From the human T2T-CHM13v2.0 reference genome, Homo sapiens, in the NCBI RefSeq assembly GCF_009914755.1, contig NC_060944.1: a stretch of DNA of 64,000 bases, one strand, 5' to 3'. A program made the position numbers and the translations under genes. Positions 1-14,250 of the stretch are shown piece by piece; the first letter of the stretch is position 1; each line of letters begins with the position of its first letter. Below the pieces are notes generated by a model. That model was not told where the DNA came from. It did no database searches and was given only the letters and a program-made list of their open reading frames with translations.

Positions 1-129
1 CCAGCTACTAGGGAGGCTGAGGTGGAAGATCACCTGAGCCCTGGAGACGGACGTAGCGGTGAGCAGAGATTGTGCCACTGCACTGCAGCCTGGGCAACAG
101 GGTGAGACCCTGTCTCAGACAAAAAAAAA
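1..129 (+). mobile_element. Alu (AluJ-like) right arm, cut by window start
   Basis: ccagctactagggaggctgagg...cactgcagcctgggcaacag...gaccctgtctc followed by an A-tail. Confidence 0.93.
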
Positions 130-626
130 GTAAACACTAAAAAAAGTTTTTAAAAAATCAAGAGCAATAGAATACATAATCTGGGATGATAAAGATCTTA
201 TTAAGGAATTGTTCATTTAAGATTTCATCCTGAATTGGTAGTCAGCTGGGAAGAATTTAGATGGTTGATTCTTACTAAATCTTGTTCTCTGCAAAAAAGG
301 CATTGCTTTACACAATAAATATACGTCTATTTGATTCTGAATGTCTCAAGAAGGGTTGCTATTTAAAGGTTTCATCCCATAAAACACTTTAATGGGTGTT
401 TATGAGGCAGTTGGCCTATAACTAGGAATAAAAGGTAATAAGTTGGCTGACAGAATCAGTACCATATTGTTCGCAACAAACTGAAAAGATAGGACAAACA
501 GCTGGGATTTCTGCTAACTGATGTCCAGTCGGTATTTGGATATCTCCAATGACATGAAACTCACTACTGCTCAGCAACCATAGGAAGACACTGGCCAGCC
601 CATCCACTCATGCGGTGCTGGAACCC

Positions 627-921
627 TTTTTTTATTTTAAAATATTTAATTGACAAAAATTGCATCTGTTCAAGGTGCGATGTGATGCTTCGATCTAGAT
701 ATATACAGGTATATTGATTACCACAGTCAAATTAACTAACAAATCTATCACCACCCATGATTACCATCATGTTGAGGGGATGAGGCAGTGAAGACACTAA
801 AGATCTGCTGTCTTATCAAATTTCAAGTCAACAATACAGTATTATTAACACAGTCACCATGCTGTGCATTAGGTCCCCAGAACATGTAACTGAAGGTTTG
901 TATCTTTTGACCAACATCTCC
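627..921 (-). mobile_element. Old L1 3' end fragment (L1MA/L1MB-like)
   Basis: T-rich tail, then antisense L1M 3'UTR motifs (aaatttcaagt..acaatacagtattattaac...gtcaccatgctgt...gaccaacatctccc). Confidence 0.75.
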
Positions 922-1064
922 CCAGCTCTGCATGAGTGGATGGTCAGCATTTTCCAAACCCACTCTGAAGACTTTGCCTGGTTGGCTACATCAATATCTC
1001 CTGAGAAAGTACAAAAGTCCAGGCCCAGTCACAGAAATTCTGATGCATAGTTTGGAGATGGATA

Positions 1065-1446
1065 CAGTGGTGTTGGTAAATGTTGAACAACAGGCTCTCC
1101 AGAAAACACAGAAATCCTCATGTAGAGAGCATGCCCACTCAGGCTGCCAGTATGATGTCACCAAATGTGAACTGGGGAAGGAATATGCAGAAGCCACCAT
1201 TACAGAGTATCCCCACGACATAGACACAGTGGATGAAATTAGCCTTAACGGCATAGACCATGAACAATCGTAAAATAGAAAGTGATGAGTTTTGTGTAAC
1301 TATTCCCTTTGTTTTAATATGATTTATTTCATTGTAAGTGTACATAATTCACCTTTTCATAAAGGCTGTATGTAAAAACTGGCTACAGAGAATCCTGACA
1401 GTTTAACAATTGGCTCTCAGGTTGGAGCGGGCTCCAGCACCGCCTG
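1065..1446 (-). mobile_element. MER63-like hAT-Blackjack non-autonomous DNA transposon
   Basis: Termini cagtggtgttggtaaatgttgaacaacaggctctc ... ggctccagcaccgcctg; interior resembles recalled MER63 (aaaactcatcactt..). Confidence 0.7.
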
Positions 1447-1904
1447 GATGGGCCTGAACACCACCGCCCCACATACCCTGGATTTTGGAAGAGCTTAACA
1501 GGCTCTTTCAGCTTTGAGATTCCATGGCTTCATTATTCCACAATAAATGGAAAGAAGGCCACTCTGGATAAAGCAGTGAGCCACCCCCTCCCACGCCATG
1601 TGGGGGCTGTCCAGCCTCGGCAGGGCAGCTTCTCTGTACCCAGGCTGCCTCCTGAAGCAGCTTCCTCTTTGCATAGTCTTCAGTGGCTTTGTAGACTATC
1701 TCTGGGGTGCTGCAGAACCCCATGAAGGAGAGTGTCTGCAAATAATCAAACAGCAAGAAAGTAACTTTAATTTCATGTGGGCAAGCAGAGAAAGCTAAAA
1801 TAGAAGCGAGGATCATAGAGCAGGTCACCAGGATGAAGACTGCATGAAGGCAAGGGCTTTGATGTACTCATTGTCCTGGCCCCGGCATGGAGGTGGCTGG
1901 AAGG

Positions 1905-2124
1905 CAAGAGGGAGGAGGAGGGAGGCAGAGATGGAAGGATGAAGGAGAAGAAGGAAGGAAGGAAGGGAAGGAGGGAGGGACAGAGGGAGGGATGGAGGGA
2001 GAGAGGGAGGGAAGGAAGGAGGGAGGGAAGGAGGGAGGGAAGGAGGAAGGGAGGGAAGGAGGGAGGGAGGGAAGGAACGAGGGAAGGAAGGAGGGAAGAA
2101 GGGAGGGAGTGAGAGAAGGAGGGA
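1905..2124. repeat. GA-rich (GGAA/GGGA)n simple repeat
   Basis: Almost pure purine tract on + strand. Confidence 0.95.
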
Positions 2125-2229
2125 ATACTTTCTTTCAGAGGGTTCACATTCTGAGAAATAATGCTAGAGCAGCTTTGCCCTAAACAAACAAAAGGAAAGT
2201 TTTTTTAAAAAGATCAGAACCTGGTTGGT

Positions 2230-2375
2230 TCAAAGCACTTTATTTGCATTCTCATTAATCTCTCACAATATCCCTAAAAGACGGATCTTCTCATCCCAAT
2301 TTTTCAGGAGGGGCTCAGAATTATTAATATTTCACAGGTTGCCCACAGTGCTTCACATCTGACAGTTGGCAAAGA
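2230..2375 (-). mobile_element. MIR fragment
   Basis: aagcactttatttgcattctcattaatctctcacaa...cccaatttttcaggaggggctcaga resembles the MIR core. Confidence 0.6.
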
Positions 2376-2594
2376 CAGACTTCAGTAAATGCCTCTCCCT
2401 ACCTCCTCTGAGCTCTCCGCCAGCCCATCCCACCCCCCTCCCTGCTGGAGTTGATGTCCTGGTGGGGAGAGACAGGGGAAAAACCCACACACATGCTGCC
2501 TGTCCATGGATGCTAAGTGCTGAGGATGACATCTGCAAGTGGGAACCAAGATGGGAGTGGGAGATGGCACAATTTAAAACAGGGGGCACAAAAT

Positions 2595-3100
2595 AACACA
2601 TGTGGACATTTCCCCCTCAAGGAGGGGGAGCTTAATTCCCATCTCCCGCTTTAGGGGAGCCAGACTTAGTGAGCTGCTTCCAAAGAACAGCGTATGAAGA
2701 GGGAAAGTGGGCAACTTTACAAAGGAGGAACCGGGCGGCTAACTTCTGCACCCAGTGATGCCTGAGAACAGGCTCAGCTGTCAATGAGGGTGACATTACC
2801 ACAAACTAAAAACGCTGAATAGGGGGACTTCACAAAACCTGCAGTGTGATTGCGCTGAAAAGAAGAGAGGATGGAAGTGCAGCCATGCATGCCTGTGTGT
2901 GTATGTGTGGGTGTGCATGTATGTGTGTGTGAGTGCATGTGTCTGTGTGTGTGTGTATGATGGAGGCAAGGAGAATAAGTGTGTGTGTGTATACATAAAA
3001 GGTTAATATCTGGGCTGGTCTGCAATGAGAAGGCACTAAATTTCTCTGCTTTTCTCCCTAAAACCACAATTATGAAGAGACATTGGAGAAGCCAGATTGG
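2595..3100 (+). mobile_element. Old L1 (L1MC/L1MD-like) 3' region, interrupted by a 250-bp duplicated segment
   Basis: gacttagtgagctgcttccaaagaacag...aactttacaaaggaggaacc; resumes at 3021 with gcaatgagaaggcact...ctccctaaaacc. Confidence 0.55.
2769..3020 (+). repeat. Dispersed direct duplication, copy 1 (copy 2 at 7416-7661)
   Basis: caggctcag(c/t)tgtcaatgagggtgacattaccacaaa...aaaggttaatatctgggctg is near-identical in both places. Confidence 0.95.
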
Positions 3101-3690
3101 ACTGTGCTAGGGAATGTTTGCTCAGAACTAAATTGGGGTCTCCAGCTGGCTTTCCAGGCCAGTGGTAACCCCTTCTTTGCAGCCCGTTGTCCTCAGATTT
3201 TAAATCATGGCTGCTGGTGACCTGGGTCCAGCCCAGCCTGGGATGGGTTGTGTGAGACTCCACCAGATGTCGCAGGCACAGCCTCCAGATGCAGCTCTCC
3301 TGTCTCTCTCTCCTGGAGGCTGTGGCCTGGGGCCACCCTGCAGGGAGAGCTGCTGGGTGTGGGTCTCCAGGGCTCTGCATCTGCAAGGCTTGTTCACTTC
3401 ACTGGTACATGCAGGGGCGCCCTGGGATGGACTCTGTGCCTATGATAGCCTCAGGCCAGCAGGCTCCCTCCCCTCCATGGAGGAGAGGCAGGAGCACTTA
3501 GGTGGGACTCATCTATGACCCTGTAGCCAAGCAGGCAAGGCATGAGGGATTCCCCACAACTCCTAACATAAACTTCGGGCTGGGCCAGAGCAGCTGTTGC
3601 AGGGCTTCAGCTGTGAGGAAGGGAATTCTGTGTCTGATGGAGCCCAGCAAGCCTGGCGGCTCACAGGCTGAATCCAAACAATGCTCAGCA

Positions 3691-4133
3691 TGTGTGTTCA
3701 CTTCCTGGGCTATTGTAACAAGTCATCCCACATTCGGGTGGCTTAAAGCAACAGAAATATATTCTCTCCCAGGTCTGGAGGCCAGAAGTCCATAGTCAAG
3801 GTTTCAGAAGGGCCACAGTCTCCTAACAGGCTCCAGGGCAGGATCCTTCCTGCCTCTTCCAGCTCCTGGTGGCTCCAGGCCTTCCATGGCTGTGGCTGCA
3901 TCGCTCCAATCTCAGCCTCCACCTTGACATTCTTCCCTGTGTGACTCTGTTTCTGTGGCTCTTCTCTTCTTATAAGGACACCAGTCATACTGGGTTAAGT
4001 GCCCATTCTACTCCAGCATGACCTCATCTCAATGTAAAGAATTACATCTGCAACACACTAGGAGGATGTTGTTCTGAGGTTCTGTGTGGACATAGATTTC
4101 TGTGGGGAGTGGGAGGTGCTCTTCAACCCAGTA
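3691..4133 (-). mobile_element. MaLR LTR (MLT1B/C-like)
   Basis: ggtggcttaaagcaacagaaatatattctctc..tctggaggccagaagtcc..cttcttataaggacaccagtcat..ttcaacccagtac. Confidence 0.85.
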
Positions 4134-6347
4134 CTGTGTGTATAAGCATCACAGGCAGGTTGCTCTTAGCAGGAGGAGGCCAGGTGCCCCAGCACAACAC
4201 TAAACAACAAAGACCCTAGGTTCCAACCCAAATCCTGTGTCCAATTTCTCTAATCCCTCTAAACCTCAGTGTCTGCATCTTAAAATAGAGGCCGTCATTT
4301 ATAATGTTAGGAAGTGGTGAGCATTTAAGTGCTCCATGAGTGCATGGTGGATCTGATCATCCTATCTAGGGCTAGAAAAAGAAAGGGTGATGTATAAAAA
4401 CACCCAGGAGCACACGTCCTCATACACGTCGTTTTGCATTTGCCCTTAATAACAAGGACAGCTCAGGAAACGTAATTTGGCAGTTCAGCCCCGGAAGCCT
4501 TATTCCCACCTTCCCACCTGTTCTTTCCAATAGCTCACCTTCCCCAGCAGCGGCCAGCCCTGCAGTGTCACTCATCATTGATAAGACCCTGGAAGGCGTG
4601 TTCTGACCCCGGGAGCACAAACACAATAGACACAGAGACAGATGCCTCCCCCGGGAGCAGATGAGCCCAGCCCCTCCCACTTCCCCCAGACCCTGCCCTC
4701 CATCCTGGCTGGAGCCCAAGGGGCCCCACGCCCACCCAGGAGGAAGAGGCTCCGCTTCCACACCGGGTTCCAAGAGACGCACCCCCACCTCAAGGCAAGT
4801 GTACCAGTGCCAGGCCAGAGAGAAGCTGGCCACTTTTCTCTCCCACAGTAAAAGTGCTATGTAAGCAGAAACCCACCCAGCTACTTAAGCGCACAGACCT
4901 GTCTATTCGGGCAGCGATTCCTCAGCTCCACACCCAGCATACTGAAGAAGTTGGGAGTTGCAGGTGAAAAAAATCACTCAGGGCTTCCAGGTTTCTACAA
5001 CTGCTTAGCAGACACCTTACTCATCTGAGCCCTCACAGAGCACTGTGACCACAAATAGGCCAGCACTTTCATTTCCAATCTACAAATAAAAAATATCAGG
5101 CGCAGAGCTCTTTCTCAAGGAGGCACAGCTGATGTCAGAGCCCAGGCTCTGCCCCAGGCTCAGGGCCTTCAATAATCCTGTGCTACCTAAGGAGCAGTTT
5201 TTATCCTGTGTGGTTTGTCTGGAAAGGAACACAGCCCCCATCCCAGAAGGGCGTGCCTTCATGCTCACACCACAGGGTCACCTCATAGGCTGCCATCCCT
5301 TTTCTCCTCTGTCAGTATATACATGTTTCCACCTGAGGATCAAGAGAAGTGTGGCCCAGTAGCCGGGGAATTGAAGCAAAAAGACCTAGATGTGAATCTG
5401 GTCTCTGCTGCCCTGGGCAAGTGTGCTACAGTGTTCCAATCACAGCTCATTCAAAATCACGAGAGGATAATCACCCCTGCCTGGCATCGCAGTGCAGAGG
5501 CATAAAAGCAGCATTTATAAAGCCCGATGCCATACCTCCCAGAGTGAGCCTTATCAACAGCAGCCATCATTATGCCATTAAACACTCAAAAGGCTTTCTT
5601 TAGAGGAGAAAGGATTGCATCATTGATTAGAGGTTGGCCTGAATTTGTGCAAATGTTGTTGGTGAGAAAGCTTGGTGCCTGATGACTGATAAACCCAGAA
5701 TGCAATATTGCTAGGATTTTTTTATAGTCAGCCTCCTCTTTCCAATAACCCCCTGCTCACTCCTAAGCCACTTAGGCTGAGCAAGAGGGAATTAACCTGG
5801 GCGAGTCCAGAGCGGAAGCCTGAATGGCCCATTCATCTTTCAGTAGCTGACAATGGGTTGCATATTACTTTATAAGCTCTACAGTTTAGTGTCAATGAAG
5901 CCTCGGTGTTTTTAAAGCTCCTGTTATGCCATCATTACTTCAGATATGTGGAAAATTCACTTGCAAGCATAACATTTTTCACAGTTTGTGATTTGTATCA
6001 GGAAGTGACTCAACTTCCTCTAGGCTCCAAGGCAGTCATAGCTGGGAAGGGGAAAACTCTGTCTGCCAAGACCAAGGGAACCAACCAGCTGCATCATAAA
6101 CCACACCATTGTGGAATATATCCTGCTAATCTGGCTAAAGATGACAGCAGGACAAAATTTCCAGGGTGAGAGTGCCCTTCAAGAGCCCAGCACATTGGGA
6201 GAAAATAGACTAAGATCAAAAATCCCTATGCATTCTAGAGCAAAACCATAAAAGCTTATACCAAAGATCAAGGGTTGCAAGCCATCTGACTTCTCTGCAG
6301 CCACACTGGAAGCTACAAGACATAAATCAAAGACATAAGACTTTCTC

Positions 6348-6551
6348 TTAGCTGCGTGTGGTGGCAGGTGCCTGTAATCCCACCTACTCAGAAGGCTGAG
6401 GCATGAGACTCGCTTGAACCAGGGAGGTGGAGGCTCCCCAGCCCGTTGCCCAGGCTGGAGTGCAGTGAGCCGAGATCACACCACTGCACTCCAGCCTGGG
6501 TGATAGAGTGGGACTCTATCTTAAAACAAAAAAACAAACAAACAAACAAAA
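6348..6551 (+). mobile_element. 5'-truncated AluS right arm with an internal inverted insertion; TSD ACTTTCTC
   Basis: Alu right-arm sequence with (CAAA)n tail; actttctc at 6340-6347 and 6552-6559. Confidence 0.92.
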
Positions 6552-6604
6552 ACTTTCTCAATTGTGAAAGTAAATAATTTGCAACCTAGAATTCTATACC
6601 TGGT

Positions 6605-6956
6605 TGTCTTACTCCATTCAGGCTACCATAACATAATGCCTTAGATTGGGTAATTTATAAACAACTGAAATTAATTTCTCACAGTCCTGGAGGCTGTAAA
6701 GTCCAAGATCAAGGTGTCAGCAGATTCAGTGTCTGACGAGTGCTCAGTCTCTACTTCATAGACAGCCAGCCCCTCCCTGTCTATGCAAATGGTGGAAGGG
6801 ACAGATAAGCTCCCTGGGGTACTAATCCCATTTATGAAGGTTGAGCCCTCATGACCTCATCACCCCCCAAAGACCCCACCTCTTAATACTATTGCACTGG
6901 GGATTTGGTTCCAACATAAGAATTTTGGGGGGACAAACAACATTCAGATCATAGCA
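6605..6956 (-). mobile_element. MaLR LTR (MSTD/MLT1A-like)
   Basis: tgtctta..ccattcaggct..ataaacaactgaaatt..aagtccaagatcaaggtg..cattcagatcatagca; TG...CA ends. Confidence 0.85.
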
Positions 6957-7415
6957 CCAGCCAGTCAATTAAGTAGGAAGGTAGACTGTAGACATTTTCA
7001 AATATGTGAGATCTCAGAAATGTTCCTTCACTTCTCTCTCTGAAGAAGCTACTGGAGTTTGTACTCCATCAAATTAAGAGAATGAATCAAAGAATGTGGT
7101 GAGACAGAATCCAAGAAGCAGAAAATCCAGCACAGGAGAGGAGAGGAGACTCTCTGGAGGAACTCCAAGTGAAGATGCCAGGATGGCAGTGATGCACCAG
7201 ATCTAGACCTCAGTCCAGACTGGAGGAGTCAGGGGCTCTAGGAGAGACTTCTTCAAGAAAAAGAAATTAAGAGTATCTGGTGTGGATATCTTAAGTAACT
7301 GGAGGAGAGTTTGAGAATAAATTAGTGATTTGTATTTGAAAAGTACAAAAACACAATCATGAACCCCAGGAAAAACAAAAAGTCATGTAAGCAGGAAGAG
7401 CAATCATAGTACTAC

Positions 7416-7661
7416 CAGGCTCAGTTGTCAATGAGGGTGACATTACCACAAAATAAAAACGCTGAATAGGGGGACTTCACAAAACCTGCAGTGTGATTGT
7501 CCTGAAAAGAAGAGAGGATGGAAGTGCAGCCATGCATGCCTGTGTGTGTATGTGTGGGTGTGCATGTATGTGTGTGTGAGTGCATTTGTGCGTATGTGTA
7601 TGCTGGAGGCAAGGAGAATAAGTGCGTGTGTATATATAAAAGGTTAATATCTGGGCTGATC
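7416..7661 (+). repeat. Dispersed direct duplication, copy 2 (probable donor)
   Basis: Matches 2769-3020; contiguous with the old-L1 sequence on its left. Confidence 0.95.
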
Positions 7662-8819
7662 AAGGCCTAGGCCTGGGCCTGGGCTGATCAAAGCCTTACT
7701 AGAGAAAAGACCTAAGAGTCTGTCTTCACACAATGTGGTTTCCTTGGAGACAACAGTGGTAAGATCCATGAGGAAGGGGCTGCCCACATGGTTTGCTCTG
7801 GAACCTCTGATTTCTAGGGCTGCCCTGAAGTGGGGAGTCTGCAAGCTGGCCTGCTGGTCTTGGGCCTGAGTGACCAGAAAAATGTAAAAGATTGAGGGGA
7901 AACCAATCTGTGGCCTCTCTCTGTCCAAGTGACCCAACTCACTGTGGCTCTCCTCTGTGACGGCCGTGCACTTCCCACATGGATGCAAGGGCTGCTGGGC
8001 TCCAGATGGATGGAGATGCTGGGCATTCTACCTTCTCTATCCTGCATCCTGAGATGGAGAGAAGCCAGCCTGGCTCAGGGTTAAAGCTGATTGTGTCTGC
8101 TGAGTTGCGTATCAGCTCCCACCTGTCACTACTGCCGTTCTGATAAGGCAGCAGAGTTAATCTCCATTTTTACAATGAAAGTTAATAGACAATGCCTAAG
8201 ACTGAAAAATCAAGATGTAGAAATATAAATGTGTGATTTTGAGATACGAAGATGAACTTTATATGAAGAATGAGTTGGAGATAAGGGGGTTACTTCTACC
8301 GGGGAGCAAAAAAAATGTGGTATAGGCAAGAAAAGGGAGAGCTGCTCCTACAGGGGTGAGGGCACATCTTGCAGAGGGACTTGACTTTTTACACAATGTG
8401 CATGGGTAAAGTTGAAATAGTACATGTAGTAAAATTTTTGAAAGACAAAATATTGCAACTTTAGGTTCATGAAGCTTCAAGTGGCTTTTTAATATCTTCT
8501 AATTTTCAGTGATTGTTTTACACATTTCTCGTTTTTGAACAAGAAGCAAAAATCTGTTTGTAAGACTGAGGAGAAAAAGATAGAGGTAGGTCATTGCCAA
8601 CACACGTCTTCTGCAGGCAAATGTTCCAAACAAATTTCAAAGCCTCTTTGTAACTAAATTTTTCTTTCTAAGCCCAAATTTAATTCTGCAGTGTGTCAAG
8701 GCAAATGTTTTAAATGAATGTTCTTTTTCCATTATTATTGTAATTATTATTTTTAAAAATCTAAATAATAGCCAACTTGAATTGCGTCTCTATTCTATGC
8801 CAGGCACTGTGCTAAATTC

Positions 8820-9490
8820 TTTTTTTTTTTTTTTTTTTTTTTTTTAGGAGGCCGTTACATAGTTTTATTTTGTTTTGGGATTTTATTTTGGTGTGAGTGA
8901 AAGAAGTGTGTGCAGGTGTGTTGGGGTGTGGTTAATGTTGAATTTCCCATAGAATGTAGAGCTGCTCTCTTGGGACCATAACATGTATATCTGAGAAAGC
9001 CCAAAAAGAGGGCAAACCTATGGCTTAATATTAATTTTTCCTGCATAAAGGTAATTGAACCATTTCTTGTATTAGTACTGTTTTTGAGCCCCATAGGCCT
9101 TGAATTATGAGTATATTAAGAGAGAGAGAGAGAAGATAATGGATGGTCTAGTAAAAAGAAGAAAATATGTAAGAAAAAACATTATTAAAGGCACAAAATT
9201 AGGATGCAATCAGGAAAAACATATAGCTCACTTGGATTATATTTGTATTACTGACAAAACACACAATACAAAAACATAAGTGCATACCGTACAGGCCATA
9301 TTGAATATCAGAACAAGTAGTTAGACATAGAGCCAACAAATATTTCCTGGCAAAAGTATCACTGGACCAATGTGAATTTAACTGAAGCAACTTCTAGAAA
9401 TATATTAGCCTTTGTATAGTCAAAAATGACTACTTGTTTTAAGAAAAAGTAAAATAAGCAAAAGGATTTTTTTTTTTTTTTGCCTCACAC
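8820..9490 (-). other. L1 3'-transduced segment with its own poly(A) signal and tail
   Basis: T26 at 8820-8845; tttatt (AATAAA on minus) at 8864-8869; AT-rich unique sequence; lies inside the TSD pair together with the L1. Confidence 0.8.
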
Positions 9491-10843
<1,353 letters not shown>

Positions 10844-11227
10844 TTAAATGGTCTCATGCAAATTTTCACAACAGCTTTATTAAAAAACTGCCTTCATTAC
10901 CCTCATTTTACAATGAGACATTCCAGGCCCACAGATATAAGTTTATCTCGGCAGCCTCATGAACAGGAGGCAGCAGGTCTGGACGTAGCCGGGACACAGC
11001 CAGGACACAGACTAAACCTCTTAGTTTATGCTAGCCTGCCTTCACCTTATTTGTATTACATTGACACCAGGACATTAATCAGACATGCTAAGAATGAATC
11101 CCTGTCACCTCAATTGTCAGCCACACAAGCTTATTGAGGCCAAATCATAAACCAGCACTGAGCTGCTTCCTGCAAGAAATACAAGAGTTTTAAATGGGTT
11201 CCCGGCTCCTGAGGGCTTGAAGACAGG

Positions 11228-11881
<654 letters not shown>

Positions 11882-12789
11882 TAGGGCTAATAGTTCCAAC
11901 GGTGCAGTGTACAAGACGACTTAGATGGGTTCAAAAGCTGTGATGGGAACAACAGATCCTGAGGCCCATGCTGCCCAGTCTTCAGCCCCTGCCCCTAACG
12001 CTCCCACAGTGCCCATCCACGATCTCATTTATACAGGCTTTCTGTGGCTGAAATGGCACATGCTCTTGGGGTCCAAGGGACCCCATTGCCTGCCACTGGG
12101 CATCTGGCAAGTGCATTGAGTGGACAAGGCACTGGCCAGCCTGTGTGGATGACAGAGCAGGAGCTGAGAAAGTGGCCCCACAGGTGACTGCTGAGCCAGG
12201 TACCCAGGTTAGAGGTCTGAGGCCTATCAGGGCTGTCATAGAACCCTGGCATCCCCAGAGAGCTCACACAGCCTCAACTTCCCACCCTGGGGCGAGAAGC
12301 CCCCTCCTGCTGAGCTGACCCTTCCTTTCCGCAGCTCTGGTCCCTGTCTACATAGGTTCTATCATTCGCGTTCCCTGTGGGCCTTAGCCACATGTAAACA
12401 CATTTCCACAAGGACAGTGCTCTTAGCCCAGATTCCCAATTTCAGATCTAAAAAGGCTGCTAAGGACTTAACTGAAGAGCCAGTTGAACTTTATAAATTT
12501 CCTCTAGATTTCAAAGTACTGAGAAGAAACGGGCAGCAAGCTTGTGAGGCCAAGACATAAGCATTTGCCCTTGAACTGGAGAAGTCTCATTGCTAACGGC
12601 CTGTCCTTGTGAGTGTCCGCACCTGCAAAGTCTGAACCTAAGAATATCTTCGCCTGTCGGTGTCCACAGCTGTGAGCATCCATCCCTGTGAGCACCCATG
12701 CCTGTGATGTCCACACCAAACAGGGTCCCTCCCTGTGAGCATCCATACCTGTGAGGCGTGCACACCACAGGACTCTGCCAAGGAGGCAA

Positions 12790-12965
12790 ACTTCAAAGTG
12801 GGGCTGCTAACCAGAGCATGGAGATCCCCTGGGAAGCTGTTAAAAACATGAATTCTCGGCACCACTCCAGACCCTCTGAGTCAGGCACTGTGGGGTGGGG
12901 TGCAGCTGTCTGTGTTCAGCGCACCCTTCAGGTCGCTGATGCAGCTGAAATCAGAGGGTGACGCT
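12790..12965. mobile_element. MER5A-like hAT-Charlie MITE
   Basis: cctgggaagctgttaaaaacatgaattctcggcaccactccagaccctctgagtcag..cccttcaggt..ctgatgca. Confidence 0.65.
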
Positions 12966-13038
12966 GTCCTGAAAGCAGCTGGAAGATTTGGGTTTCTTTC
13001 TTTCTCGCCCTGACTGGGGCAACAGCACAACTGGCTGA

Positions 13039-13450
<412 letters not shown>

Positions 13451-13624
13451 TATGTTTCTTTATTTCTAACAGTAACCATGCAGGAGCTGGTACTATTAGG
13501 CCCCTGCAGTGCCAGTAACTGAGTTCATTTGCCCAAGGCCACACCTGAGGAGGCTTGAACCCAGAAGGAGGGAGGCCAAACCCCAAGCTTCTCCTGCTCT
13601 GCGGTCTGGTGGGGAGCAGCATGC

Positions 13625-13860
13625 CCCAAACTCTAAAGCACACCCATGCCTGAGGAACTTGCTAATGTGCAGATTTTGATGCAGTAGTTCTGGCTGGGCC
13701 TGAGGTTTTTTGTGCCGGGCCAGCTCCCATGGGAGACCCATGCTGCTGGCTGCAGCCCTCAAGAGCAGTGGTTGTGCACCTGGATTGTGGCAGGTGCAGA
13801 GCTCCTGGAAGCTTTAAAAGTTTTTTGAGCTTAGGCCACACCCAAACCAATTAAATATTG
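13625..13860. mobile_element. MER5A/MER5B-like fragments
   Basis: aacttgctaatgtgcagattttgatgcagtagttctggctgggcctgag; ggaagctttaaaag..ttaggccacacccaaaccaattaaat. Confidence 0.55.
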
Positions 13861-13914
13861 GATTTTCCAGAGAAAATCCTACTTGCCCTTAGGCTAGTCT
13901 GAATATCTGTATTA

Positions 13915-14250
13915 TAATAAGATTTTTGTTTGGATTCCTCAAAAAGCAGACCTCGAGACAGGGACTTGATTGCAAGGAATCTATTCAGGAGGTAATCTGG
14001 GAGGCACAAGTGAGGCATTTGGGAAGGAAAGTGAGATAGGGAAGGAGAAGTGTCATCCAGTGAGCACTGACAAGGCCGTAGATGTCTGCCCCAAGGACGG
14101 GAAGCCAGGCCAAGCATGCATCCACTTAGCACCTCTCTGTTGGCTGAGTGCTCTGAAGGCAGGGGCTGCTCAACAGCCAAACACTGCTGCAACCTGCATG
14201 ACATGTCAGCTCTAGAAGGAGCCTCACAGGCATCACCTCTTTCCTGTCAC
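13915..14250 (-). mobile_element. ERVL LTR16-like
   Basis: ggattcctcaaaaagcagacctcgagacagggactt..tattcaggaggtaatc..gggaaggaaagtgagatagggaagg. Confidence 0.6.

Larger units (their letters stand above)
6150..8450 (+). mobile_element. Highly diverged old L1/HAL1-like fragments hosting an Alu, a MaLR LTR and other inserts
   Basis: tttgcaacctagaattctatacc; agacattttcaaatatg..tctgaagaagctactggag; atcatagtactac..ggctcag; taatagacaatgcctaagactgaaaaatcaaga. Confidence 0.5.

Noticed and set aside
1773-2183. ORFs across GA/CT, GGGAT, CA and CT tracts (also 15270-15647, 38739-39261, 56564-57101)
   Set aside because: Low-complexity repeats lack stop codons; not genes
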